From NCBI GenBank assembly GCA_012295275.1, contig CM022668.1, positions 6,200,001-6,264,000 on the forward strand: DNA of 64,000 bases, in the 5' to 3' direction. The translations under genes and the position numbers were made by a program. The notes below the pieces were generated by a model. That model searched no databases. It worked only from the letters and a program-made list of their open reading frames with translations, and had not been told where the DNA came from. Each line of letters begins with the position of its first letter. The first letter of the stretch is position 1. Origin of the DNA: Chrysomallon squamiferum. Lineage: Eukaryota; Animalia; Mollusca. Shown piece after piece: positions 30,310-49,216 of the stretch.

Positions 30310-31000
30310 TGTAATATTTCACATGATTACTTGAAGTATTACTATAAGACATAACTAGTCCTACTGCTATAACTATTATTTTACTACTTGAAGTATTACT
30401 ATAACACTTAAACATTCCTACTGCTATAACTATTATTTTACTACTGGAAGTATTACTATAAGACATAAACATTCCTACAACTATAACTATTATTTTACTA
30501 CTGAAGTATTACTATAAGACATAAACATTCCTACAACTATAACTATTATTTAACTATATTCCTACATAAACATTCCTACTATAACTATTGTTTTACCACT
30601 GGAAATATTACTATAAGACATAAACATTCCTACTGCTGTAACTATTATTATACTAGTGGAAGTATTACTATAAGACATAAACATTTCTACTGCTATAACT
30701 ATTATTTTACTACTGGAAGTATTACTATAACACATAACCATTCCTACTGCTGTAACTATTATTTTACCACTGGAAATATTACTATAAGACATAAACATTC
30801 CTACTGCTGTAACTATTATTATACTAGTGGAAGTATTACTATAAGACATAAACATTTCTACTGCTTTAACTATTATTTTACTACTGGAAGTATTACTATA
30901 AGACATAAACATTGCTACTGCTATAACTATTATTTTACTACTGGAAGTATTACTATAAGACATAAACATTGCTATTGCTATAACTATTATTTTACTACTC
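30310..31000 (-). repeat. 57-bp minisatellite, reverse orientation
   Basis: Same unit as 23490-23835, about 12 units. Confidence 0.9.
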
Positions 31001-31127
31001 TACACTAGCAGTCACTATTACTACGATTTTTACAGCTACCAGAAATACTTCTGTTACTGTTACATTACTACTACTACTACTGCTGCTGCTTTAGTAATTA
31101 CAGTTGATATTAGTACTGTTATATTTA

Positions 31128-31164
<37 letters not shown>

Positions 31165-32443
31165 AATAATACTAATAATAATAATAATAACAATAATAAT
31201 GATAATAATAATCTATTGTACGACACTGTCTTTTCTTTATTTTTTATTTATTTGTTATTATTATTATATTTTTTAATAAAAACTTAATACAGCTCATTCC
31301 TGGAAAGAATACAAGTTTAAAATCTCTGAAAATCTAGTGTAATAAAATTCGTTTAACTGTACTTTTAAGTTATTATGTGACTAGTTTGGTTTATCGTTCA
31401 TCACTCACAACTAAGCAGGAAAGGAACGTTATACTGTCACAAACCATTTGAATGCCGCCATTTTATTATTTCGTAACCCGAGTCTTGAGGGCATTACGTA
31501 CGTGGTGAACTGAAGTTTTTACTTATTTATGAGCTACTTCTATCAGATAACTACGATAAATAATAATAGTTACATTTTATTTATTTTTTTCAAAAGGAAG
31601 AAACTTTAGATGAAATCGATCACTGCGTATGTCATGACGTCACGGCATAGGAAAATGGCGGCACCAAATTTCAAACGTACTCTTTTCTATCTAAAAATTA
31701 AGATTGGATCAGGATGAAAAGTTATTTACAGAAAAAGCAAAATAAATAAGAATAAAAAATTAAACAAATGACTAAAAACTGTAAAATAAAACAACTTGAA
31801 AATATTCAATGTCTTTATAATCATTGTGATGTTATATAGTGCTGATGATTTCGATGTCGGTGATAATAATGATGCTGCTTTGATAATGATAATAATCAAG
31901 TCGATGACGATAATCGAAACAGTGCAAACAAGTATCACGATAGTGACCATAATAATGACTATAATTCTGACAAAACATGAAATAGATTGTGAATATTATT
32001 TATGTTTAAACCACTCTTTGTATTATTAAATGGAGTCACAAATTACTATTTTTCATAACGAAGGCATAGTTATTAAATAAACTTGCCTGACAGATAATTC
32101 CCAGTACCAAAGAGTATAGCGAGAGAATTCACTCGCAGAAATAAAAAAAATATTAAATGAGAAATCGATCTAAATCCCGTGGTGGTGGGAGAAACAAAAA
32201 AAGTACATCAACAAAAATCAATAGAAACATAAGTGACTCCCCTTAGTAAGCTCTTCAGCCTGAAGTATGAATTGTTCTCTGACACGAAGTTTGAAATGAT
32301 CCATAAGAACAAAGTTTGCTGAACTGTTCTGACATGAAATATTCCTTTAGAACAAAGTTTGCTGAATTGTTCTGCTGAATTGTTCTGACATGAAATGTTT
32401 CATTAGATGATCAGAACGAAACTTAATGAAATGTTTCGAACTC

Positions 32444-32609
<166 letters not shown>

Positions 32610-33186
32610 ATATAAATATGTATGTATGTATCTCTGACGAAGGAAGCCATTAACGAACGAATGAAGAAAGGTCGATCTTTCTTTCCCTTTCTTTCAATCT
32701 TTATCCCTATCATTCTTTTTCACTTTTCTCTTTGTCAACATCCCTTTCTCTGTCTGTGAATGTCTCTCTTTGTCTTCGTGTGCAAAAAGTTATGTCCCAT
32801 AGCATTAATGTTATTAAACTAAACATCACTGATTAAAAATTCACAACAATAATTATATGAAATTATATATTTTTTTATTTAAAAATGTGGAAAAACAATA
32901 AAAATTAATCCGTCTAATCAAAAATTAAACAAATGAACGCACGTCTAAACAAAGAAATAATCAATAAACAATTAAAAAATTACAAACAAAATTTGAAAGC
33001 AATTAAATAAACATCTTCATACTGTCCAGAGATATTAAAGCCTGTAGAAGACTTAAATGAAGAATATGAAATTTATCTTCAAAGCTAATCTGATCTTAAC
33101 TTCAATACGTAATTGCCTGTATCTTCAACAATAAACTGGTTTATTTTCCAGAGAAACCTGGTTCTATTTTCCAGACAAAACCGCTC

Positions 33187-33730
33187 TTATTTTCCAGACA
33201 AAAGTGGTCTTATTTTCATCTCAGTTCTCTTCAAGGAGTAGTACTGGCCTCTCCACGAACTCCAAGTAACTCCTTTCGCGTATACCGTAGTAAGGCCTCC
33301 CAGATACAAGCCGTTTAGATTTGAACTCTGACAGTCTGTGTACCACCACGCTCCATGAAAGAGTTCGGCACAGTTTGAAGAATGCGTATCCTGATCCTTA
33401 TCCTTAGTTGTAAAAGCGTGAGCATTGTGCCCAGTAAGTGAGTCTCCTTCGGAACGGGAAAAAAGTATAATTGCAAATTATCTTTATTATTACGAAATAA
33501 TAGCCACAGCAATATTCGTACGAAATTTGTTTCACTTTTGGCAAAAACGACTTATACACACAAGTACAATCTTCACCATACAGAAACACTCACGTTTATA
33601 TATACGGCCCCACACAGAGATACACACACATGTATAAATACATTAACACAGAAACCCAGTTATAATCCAAGCCACACGGATACACGTACGACAGACGTAC
33701 GTACAAACAAAGAAACTGCCATAGAAACAA

Positions 33731-33767
<37 letters not shown>

Positions 33768-33856
33768 CTCAGACACCAAACCTATTCAAACATACACAGA
33801 CACACATAGGGACACATTCTTATACAAACATACCTCCATAGAGACACAGATACAGA

Positions 33857-33891
<35 letters not shown>

Positions 33892-34458
33892 CATGCTGCA
33901 CATCTATCATTATCACTGAGTTAATTATTCAGTCTGTTTTAACTTGTTGTTATAGCTAACACTGATATGAGACAATAATAAGGTTTAATAAATTAAGTGC
34001 CTAACAGAAAGACCAATGTTATATACTGGCTTATTTGAGATCGGAATAACAGATTTTCTCTGGAACATATACACTAAACTGGAAAATAGATATTACTTTG
34101 TATCATCAACTTATTATAATACCTGACTATCTTTATATTGTTTCTATTGACTGTTGCCATACTAACAGACAGACAGGCACACTTTTTCTTACAACCATAC
34201 CTCCATATAGACACATATAGACAAACATAAATATATATATATATATTCATTCAGTCTGTTTTAGCTTGTTGCCAGACCAACCTGCGTTTCCGCTGTAAGA
34301 TCCAATGTGTAGAGTGTAGTTCTCCGCCTCACTACCCAGTGAAAATGTCGAGTACATCGCGTAACTTTTGTTTCCTTCAAAGTCTTCTAGATCAACACGA
34401 ATCTCGTATTCCTGTTTACTTGTTATCTTGTAGATGTTCTCGTTTCCTGAAGAACAGA

Positions 34459-34527
<69 letters not shown>

Positions 34528-35962
34528 TATAATAGTAATGAGTAAAAACAATACTAATAATAATAATCAGAAGAAGAAGAAGAAGAAGAAAAAGAAGTAG
34601 AAAAATAACGATATTCTAAGACTCTGTATTGAGATATCATTTTTCTTTGAACATAAAACACAAAAATTATTGATCACAGTTATCTGATGGAAGTACCTCA
34701 TCAACTAGTAAACAATTTCATACCCAACCAGTACTCTCTTTCTACATCTCCAAATTCTTCCTTGTATTCCTGCCATGTTCTGTAGAAGTATGTAGATCCG
34801 TCCATCCTTCTTTGTATAATCTGTAAATTAGTTTAAGGCAAAAATGGACGTTGGTAACTCTGTAGGTAAGTATGTGTGTTTTATGAATCTATGCATGGAT
34901 GTATGCATATTTGTATATATGTATGTATGTATGAATGTATGTATGTTTGTATTCGTGTACATATCTGTATTACATTTTTCTAATGGAAAGAAATAAAGCT
35001 ACAATAACAAATAAAGATATGAATAAATAAAGAAGTGAATGAATGAATGAATGAATTAATGAATCAATGAATGAATGGATGAATGATCGAATGAAGAAAT
35101 AATAAATTAATAAAAATAAAATAACCTCTAAAATGACTGGTCCCTACTTACCAACCAACCACCGTAAAGAGTTGACATGTCACAAAACACTATCACGTTG
35201 TAAACCTCAGATGACGTCAATACAGCAGGTCCAGAGCAGGGATACGACATCATGACGTCATAACAGTTTCGTGTCACATTAGGACCATGATCTATGAAGA
35301 ATATGTAATTTCTTCATTTTCTTACTTAATATGAACCATTATTAAAAAATGTTAATTTAGAGGAAAAGCTATACCATTATTTAATTATAAACTTTGATAC
35401 TATTCTTTTATGTTTTTGTTAATTACTTTCATACATACATATACAGGTTTCTATGTATGAACACTTTTAGTAGACTAAGTTATTCGTTCATCCAGAAAAC
35501 GGACAAAACAAATTTATCTATCAGTGCTTTCTCTAAATTAGATTTACAAGTGGAGGGTTCTGTAGCTGATGTTTTTACGTCACTGTCACGTGATACACAG
35601 TTCGCATCATTCATACGTGTGACTTGACATTTTTGATACGACAGACAGACGTCAGTACCACAAATTATAGATACAGTCTGCAAATAGCAAAAAATAACTA
35701 AATAAATAAAATTAAATAAAATAAAAAAAAAAATAAAAATAAATAAAAAATAAAATTAAATTAAATTAAATTAAATTAAATAAATAAATAAATAAATAAA
35801 TAAACGAATAATCCACTACTAGTAGTAGTAGTGATAATATCAGCCATATTAACAATAGTAAAATAATAGACATTGGTACATCTATAGTACTATTAACAAT
35901 ACAGTATAAGTTGTAGTAGTGTTACTCGTAGTAACAATAACAGTAGTAGGAGTAATCGTAAC

Positions 35963-36023
<61 letters not shown>

Positions 36024-36217
36024 GAATAGTAATAGTAGTATTTGTGATGGAACTGTGGTAGCTGTAATAGAAGTAGAGATAGCCATAATAGTAGTCTCAA
36101 AAGTAGTTGTAGTAATAGTAGTAGTAAAAGTAGTCGCGATAATACTATTCGTAACAGAAGTAGTAGTAACAATAGCAATCGTTATATTACCAGTAGTAAT
36201 TGTAGTAGTAGTAGTAT

Positions 36218-36249
<32 letters not shown>

Positions 36250-36583
36250 ATAGCAGTAGTAGTAATTGTTGTTGTAATAAAATAAACAAGAAATTAAAAT
36301 ATCTTACCTTGTCTATAGAATCTTTGTCTTGGTAAATTGATCCTTTCTTTGTGACAAAATCTTGTGAACTTTCTTCCTTTGTTTTGTAGTTTAGTTGACA
36401 CTTCAGGGTAGACTGGAAGAAGTTAAAGGATTCACAACACATATCAGCTACACAGGCAGCAGAACAGTCATACAACGACGACTGAGACGTCGTGGTCATG
36501 ACGTGGTTTCTAAATTCCATGTCTCGATGTATCACACCTATCACGTGGTTAACGAATAAGATATAAATTCCAGAAAATTTCAT
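33187..36583 (-). CDS. Copy C: PAN/Apple + EGF-like + FReD protein, 355 aa
   Basis: Exons 36583-36308, 35677-35548, 35291-35152, 34820-34724, 34446-34282, 33446-33187. Lengths and phases match copy A; the frame is open to TAA. Confidence 0.9.
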
Positions 36584-38266
36584 TTTTAATCTCTGTAAGA
36601 ATCTTAAAATAACAAATAAAATAAATCCAGTTTTCTTTCTTATGATTCGAATATTATGTTTTTTAAGCTGTCTCCGTTAAACCGTTGATTTCTGAGTTCA
36701 GGCTAATTGTCCGTAGTTCTCTGGTTTGTTATAATACTTCACAAATAGACGTATCGATATGGAGACGCGTCTGTTTATCTGGTTGCTTATTGGCTATTTT
36801 ATCTGTTTTGATTGGTGAAGAATTAAACATTCATACAGACGCAGCGAACTGACCTAACGATCGCTAATTGTCTAATTTACTGATGTGAATTTATGTACTG
36901 TATCTGGATACAACTATATATTTATATATATATATATATATATCGATCTGTCTGTTTATTTATCTGACAGTCATTTTAGATTTTCATTTATTGCGGAATA
37001 TATGCTACATATATATATGGGGAGACGATAACTGCGAAGGTTGGAATACCAAATGCAGCGAGTCTTTACCAAGCTGCGTTAGCTATTTATCTTGACCAAA
37101 ACAAAGGTGATATCTTAAAGCAGTAACCAGTTATTTCTTTTTGCCTGAAATACTAGTTTTTTTAATTTCTTTTTAAAAAACAGTAATTAAATTAACTAAA
37201 TGTATTTCGATAAATTATTTTATGTATATATGTAAGTATCTATATAAATATCTATATGAATATGTGTATGTATACAAAGAGAGAGGGGGGAATTTCACAG
37301 ACTGGCAATACAGTTAGGTTATATAAGTAAGCTGATAGATAGATGGATAGAGATATATACATATAAATAGACATATACATAGGAACATGGATAGATGTAT
37401 GGATGGATGGATGGATCAGTGGATTAATAGAAAGGTAGATAGATGTGTCGCTAAATATAAAAGTATCTAGGTAAACAGAAAATGTATACGTAAGTAAATA
37501 TCGATAGATAGAAAACAAATACACTGATCAAGGAGTAACGATTGAATGGATAGATGAATAAATTCAATTAATATAGAAGTCAGTCAGTGAAATGGAATCA
37601 TATTATGACAGAACAAACACAGCAGTAATTAAATATTAAATAGATCTTGTTTAGAATTGTAGACAATACGTTGTACACAGATTATGATCACTGCAGTGAA
37701 ACAATGATCCCTGTATCTTATATCGTAATTAAATCTTTATTGCTTTCTTAGTATAAAAATAATATCAAGCAGCAGTCAGACTTTTGTCATATCAAAGCCA
37801 CTTGATTGTTTTTGTTTCTGTAGATGTATTCAGATCAATGGAGCAGCTTGTCTCGACAGTAATGGATAGAAAAGTTTGAATATCTTCATGCAGTATTAAG
37901 CAGTTCTGATCAAATGTGAATAAACAAAAAGGATGAAAGGTAACGCCCTGGTGAATCCGGATTCCTGAAGAAATGTTTTCCATAATTATAAAATTGTTTT
38001 CAGTATCATTCGATCGGATTTTGTAAAGTGAAAGCTAGAATCTAAAAACACTATTATTAGTTAATTTAGTAATATTAGTATTAGTAATAGTAATAGTATT
38101 TATTTATTTAATTTAATTTAATTTTATGTTATTTTATTTTATTTTATTTTGTTTTTCATTTTAACTGCTTTTTACGTTTTGTTCTTCTTGGGTTTTGTTG
38201 GTGTTTTGTTCCTGTTGTTGCAAAGATTACAAAAATAATAATAATAATAATAAAATTAATATATAT

Positions 38267-38313
<47 letters not shown>

Positions 38314-38339
38314 CATTCATATATATATGTATGTATGTG

Positions 38340-38391
<52 letters not shown>

Positions 38392-38615
38392 CATATATTA
38401 AATAAAAACCGCCTCATCCTGAATAAAATAAAGATGTAATAAATGGGTAAATTTATATTTTCTGTAATTAATGTAACTAAATTAATTATATTTAACTGTA
38501 TACAGAAATGGAAATGAATCGAAAATTATCCGAAATCTCATCATTTTATGTAAAAAAAGTCTCCCAGTAATGTGCCAATAAAACAGATTTAAAATACTAC
38601 TACTACTACTACTAC

Positions 38616-38667
<52 letters not shown>

Positions 38668-39141
38668 CTATTGTACCATATTGTTCTTTTTTTTTCTGTA
38701 ATCATTTAACTTTTTATTTTTTTTTTTTTATTTTTTTTTTTTTATTACAGTTCATTCCAGGAAAAAAAAATTTAAAAGCTCTGAAAATCTGTTATACACT
38801 TTAATATCATTATGCTATACATTGAAAAATCAAAAATAATAATAATTATCATTATTTCAATATAGATCAATATAGATCAACCTCTAACGTCAATAATAAA
38901 ATATTAAAGTGATTTCTTGTCTCCCTCTTTTGATGTAAAAACAGTGTGTTTGATAAGCAGAAATTCGTTTTGTTCGAGCATTTAATAATATATCTGTTTT
39001 ACATGCACCAGCGAATTCAGAATAAATGTAAATGAAAAAGACAGATCACTGATTAGAGAATATAAAATACAAACTTGTTGTTCTTGTTACTGTTATTACT
39101 ACTTCTGCTATACCAACAGTACGACTACTATTAATGTTGAC

Positions 39142-39293
<152 letters not shown>

Positions 39294-39307
39294 TTTTCTA
39301 TTATTTG

Positions 39308-39345
<38 letters not shown>

Positions 39346-39384
39346 CATTATTACTGTTTTTATTATTTTATTGTTTTTTTAACA

Positions 39385-40030
39385 TTTCAAGACATTACTG
39401 GAAAATTATTTCAAGACATAAACATTCCCTACTGCTATAACTATTATTTTATTACTGGAATTATTACTATAAGACATAAACATTCCTACTGCTATAACTA
39501 TTATTTTTTACTACTGGAAGTATTACTATAAGACATAAACATTCCTACTGCTATATATTTATTTTTTACTACTGGAAGTATTACTATAAGACATAAACAT
39601 TCCTACTGCTATAACTATTATTTTACTACTGGAAGTATTACTATAAGACATAAACATTCCTACTGCTATAACTATTATTTTACTACTGGAAGTATTATTA
39701 TAAGACATAAACATTCCTACTGCTATAACTATTATTTTACTACTGGAAGTGTTACTAGAAGACATAAACATTCCTACTGCTATAACTATTATTTTACTAC
39801 TGGAAGTATTACTATAAGACATAAACATTCCTACTGCTATAACAATTATTTTACTAATGGAAGTATTACTACAAGACATAAACATTACTACTGCTATAAA
39901 TATTATTTAACTCTGGAAGTATTACTATGAGACATAAACATTGCTAGTGCTATAACTATTATTTTACTACTTGAAGTATTATTATAACACTTAAACATTC
40001 CTACAGCTGTATCTATTATTTTACTACTCT
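39385..40030 (-). repeat. 57-bp minisatellite, reverse orientation
   Basis: Same unit, about 11 units. Confidence 0.9.
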
Positions 40031-40213
40031 ACAATAGCAGTCACTATTACTAAGACTGTTACTGCTACCACTGCTGCTGCTACCACTGCTGCTGTTCCAT
40101 TACTACTACTACCACTGCTGCTGTTCCATTACTACTACTACTACTATTTCCGATATGAAATATTCATAGGATTTATGAAATGTTCCGTTAGATGATTAGA
40201 ACAAAGCTTGATG

Positions 40214-40660
<447 letters not shown>

Positions 40661-41206
40661 GTCTATGTATGTATGATGGAGGAACCCATTAACGAACGAA
40701 TGAAGGAAGATCGATCTTTCTTTCCCTTTCTTTCCATCTTTATCTCCTCATTCTTTTTCACTTTTCTCTTAGTCAATGTCTCTTTCTTTGTCTCTGTCAA
40801 TGTCTGTCTGTGTGTTTGTGTGCCAAATGTTATGTCCCTTAGCATTAATGTTATTTAACTAAACATCAACTGATCAAAAATTCACAACAATAATTATATG
40901 AAATTATATTTTTTTAATTTAAAAATGTGAAAACAAAACAATAAAAACTAATTCCTCTTAGCAAAAAGTAAAAAAATGAACACACGTCTAAACAAAGAAA
41001 TAATAAATAAACAACTAAAATCTTACATACACAATTTTAAAGCAATTAAACAAACATCTTCATACTGTCCAGATACATTAAAGCCTGTAGAAGACTTAAC
41101 TCAAGAATATGAAATTTATGTTCAAAGCTAATCTAATCTTAACTTCAATACGTAATTGCGTCTATCTTCAACAATAAACTGGTTTATTTTCGAGACGATA
41201 CGGGTT

Positions 41207-44899
<3,693 letters not shown>

Positions 44900-46065
44900 T
44901 TTTAATCTTTGTAAAAATCTTAAAATAACAAATGAAATAAATCCAGTTTTCTTGCTTATGGTTCAAATACTACGTTCCTTCCGTTATCTGCATTGCACCG
45001 TTGATTTCTGAATTCAGACGATTGATTCGTAGTTCACTGGCTTGTTATAAATCTTCTGAAATAGGTGTTTGTTTATCTTATTGCTTATTGGCTATTTTGA
45101 TTGTTGAAGAATTAAAGATTCATACAGACGCAGCGAATTAACTTAACGATCGGTAAGTGTCTAGTTTAATGTTGTGTACTGATGTGCTGCGTCTGTGTGT
45201 ATCTATATGTGTACATATCTGTCCATCTGTTCGTCTGTCTGTCTCTTTGTATTATATGACAGTCATTTTAGATTTTCGTTTGCAGAGGAATAGCTGTTTT
45301 ATATATATGTGCAGGGCGATAACTAGTTACTGTCGAAAGGTATTTTCCTGCGAAGATTAGAATGCCAACTGCAGCGAGGCTTTACCGAGCTATTCAACTT
45401 GACCAAAATAAAGGTGATGTCTTAAAGCAGTATTCAGTTATTTCTTTTAACCTGCAATTCTAAATAATTTTTAAAAAAGCAACCAAATTAACTATACATT
45501 TTTCGATAAATTATTTGGCCCCCCCCACACACACACATACACACATACACGCAAATCTTATATATTTGTATATAGCAAGTATTTTATCGAATAAATATTG
45601 TTCTGTTACAATCAGTCCCTCGCTCAGACATTTTTTTCTCCATGATTAAGCACGGAGCACTTCCAATAGTATTACAAAACCTTTAGTGTGACACAGCAGA
45701 CTTTACAATTTCAATATTTTATTTGTCTTTACTTTATTTTTCGTTTCCGCTTCTGGCTGTTTAATTAAGATTTTTAAAAAATATTAATAATAAATCAATA
45801 AAAATAATAATAACAAAGATCTGTAATTTCTGGTGTACAATAGTCTATTGCATACAATAGTCTATTCTACTGAGTTTGAAATTACTTTGGTAGTAGAATT
45901 ACTAAGTTGCATACAGTTTAGCCATATGTTTTAAAATGACAAGGAAATTACTTATTATTCTATTTATGCACTTCTGAGAACAAAATCAGAAGCATTAATT
46001 ATATGTGCATAGATAAACACCTTTCAATATTATAATGCTGATTATTATAATGATGAAGAAGAGTA

Positions 46066-46116
<51 letters not shown>

Positions 46117-46991
46117 GTGTAAGACGAAGAATTATCAAAATGAAATAAGGACAATAATAACATTAATAATTAATAATAATAATAATAGAAATAATAACAA
46201 CAACAACAACAACAAAGGTAATAGCAACAGGAGTAATAATGATAGACGTGGTAGTAGTAGTAATTGTACATCTACCAGTAGCAGTAACAGTAACAATGCT
46301 AGCAGCAGTAACATAAAATCTACTAGTAGAAGTAATAATATCAGAAATTTCACAGATTGGCAATACAATTAGGTATATAAGTAAAATGATAGATAGATGG
46401 ATAGAGAGATATACAGATAAACAGAGAGATACATAGCCACATGGATAGATGCATGGATGGACGGATTAATGGATCAATAGATTAATAGAAAGGTAGATAG
46501 ATGTCTTGGTAAATATATAAGTATCTAGGTAAATAGAAAATATATAGATAAGTAAAGATCGATAGATAAGAAACAAATACACTGAACAACGGACTAATGA
46601 ATAAATGAATGGATGGATGAATAAATTCAATTAATATAGAAGTCAGTCAGTGAAATGGAATCATTTTATCACAGAACAAACACAGTACTAAAAGTCGTCA
46701 GTCATGCAGACGAAATTAAATATTAAATAAAATTGTTTTCATTATCATTCGATCGAATTTTGCAAATTGGAAGCTAGAATCTAAAATACTAGTTTTTGTA
46801 GTACTAGTCGTAGTAGTAGTATTTATTTTAATTTAATTTAATTTATTTTATTTTGTTTTATTTTATTTTATTTTATTTATTTAAGTAAATTCAGAATAAC
46901 CTAAAATTATATTTTTCCCCATTTGATTGCTTTTTAGTTTTTGTTAATGTTGAGTTTGTTGTTGTCGTGTTCCTGTTATTGTAAGGATTAC

Positions 46992-47055
<64 letters not shown>

Positions 47056-47286
47056 TTATTATTATTGTTATATATATATACATTTATAAAATAAAAATCG
47101 CCAATCCTGAATTAAGTAAAGATTTAATAAATGGGTAAATTTATATTTTCTGTAATTAATGCAATTATAATTATTATCTATAACTGTCTACATAAATGGA
47201 ATTGATTCGAAAATTATCCAAAATGTAATGAACTTATGTAAAAAAAGTCTGCAAGTAAAATGACAATAAAACAGATTTTAAATAAA

Positions 47287-47342
<56 letters not shown>

Positions 47343-49005
47343 ATCTATTGTACCATATTGTTCTCTTTTTTCTCTAATCTTTTTATTTTTTATTTTTATT
47401 ACAGTTCATTCCTGGAAAGAATAAATTTAAAACCTCTGAAAATCTGTTCCACACTTTAATATCATTATGCTATACATTGATAAATCAGAAATAATAATTA
47501 TTATTATTATTTCAATATAGGTCAGTATAGATCAACCTCTAACGTCAATAATAAAATATTAAAGTGATTTCTTGTCTCCCTCTTTTGACATTGAAAAATC
47601 AGTATTATACATCATCCCTCCATCAGTTTCACGTACATTTCATGTAATACAATTCCTTAAACTGTACTTTTAAGTTATTATGTGACTAGTTTGGTTTATC
47701 TTTCATCACTCACAACTAAGCAGGAAAGGAACGTTATACTGTCACAAAACATTTGAATGACGCCATTTTATTCTTTCGTAACCCGAGTCGTGACGTCATT
47801 ACGTACGTGACGAACTGATATGTTGTACTTATTTGTGAGCTACTTCTGTCAGATAACTAAGATAAATAATAACAGTTAAATTTTATTTTATATTTTTGAA
47901 ATAGAATAAACTTTAGAGGAAATGTGTCACTCCGTATGCGATGATGTCACGTAATACGAAAATGGCGACACTTAGATTTCAAACGTACTCTTTTCTTATT
48001 ACAATTTAAGATTGGATGAGAGAGAAAATTTTATTACAGTAAAAGCAAAATAAATAAGAATAAAAAATTCAACAAATTATTAAAAACTGTGAAATTAAAC
48101 AACTTCAAAATATTCATTGTCTTTATAATCATTGTGATGTTATATAGTGCTGATGATTATGATGCCGGTGATAATAATGATGCTGCTTTGATAATGATAA
48201 TAATCAATTCGATGACTATAATCGAAACGCTGCAAACAACTACCACGATAGTGACGACAATGATGACGCTGACGCTCAGGATTATAATCATCACTGTTAA
48301 CGGTGAATTAGACGACGGCGTTAACAATGATGTTGTGGTAGTAAATACTGTATTAAAAAATTAGAATAAAACATGGGCGAAAAATGCTTCATTAACAATA
48401 TACGTTGGCACATAAAACAACAACTACAACAATACAAACAACAATAGCAATAACAATATTGATGACTATGATGATGATGATAATAATAATGACAAAATAT
48501 CAAATAGATTCTGACGATTTTTTATGTTTAAACCAATCTTTTTGTTATTAAATGGTGTTACAAATTATTAATTTTCATGACAAAGTCATAGTTATGAATT
48601 ACACTTGTCTGACAGATAATTCCCAGTACAAAACATTATAGCGAGAGAATTCACTCGCAGAAATAAAATTGTATTAAATGAGAAATTGATTTGACTCTTC
48701 TGGTTATTTCGCGGAACGAAAAAATTACATTAACGAAAATCAATAAAAACGGAAGTGACAACTCTTAGTAAGCTCTTCAGCCTGAAGTTTCAATTATTTT
48801 CTGACAAAAACAGTCATATGAAACATTTAATGTTCTATGAAAAGAAGATGTTAATAGCTTTATTAAAAATAAATATGTACAGAGAGACATCATGTGATAA
48901 TAATAGATAAAAAAAAAATTTTTTTTTTTTTTTTTTGTATGAACCTGTTGATATGCAGCGTGGTTATTCACAGAATCTTCCTGTCTGTGTGTGTGTATGT
49001 GCGTG

Positions 49006-49100
<95 letters not shown>

Positions 49101-49109
49101 CTCTCTATA

Positions 49110-49216
<107 letters not shown>

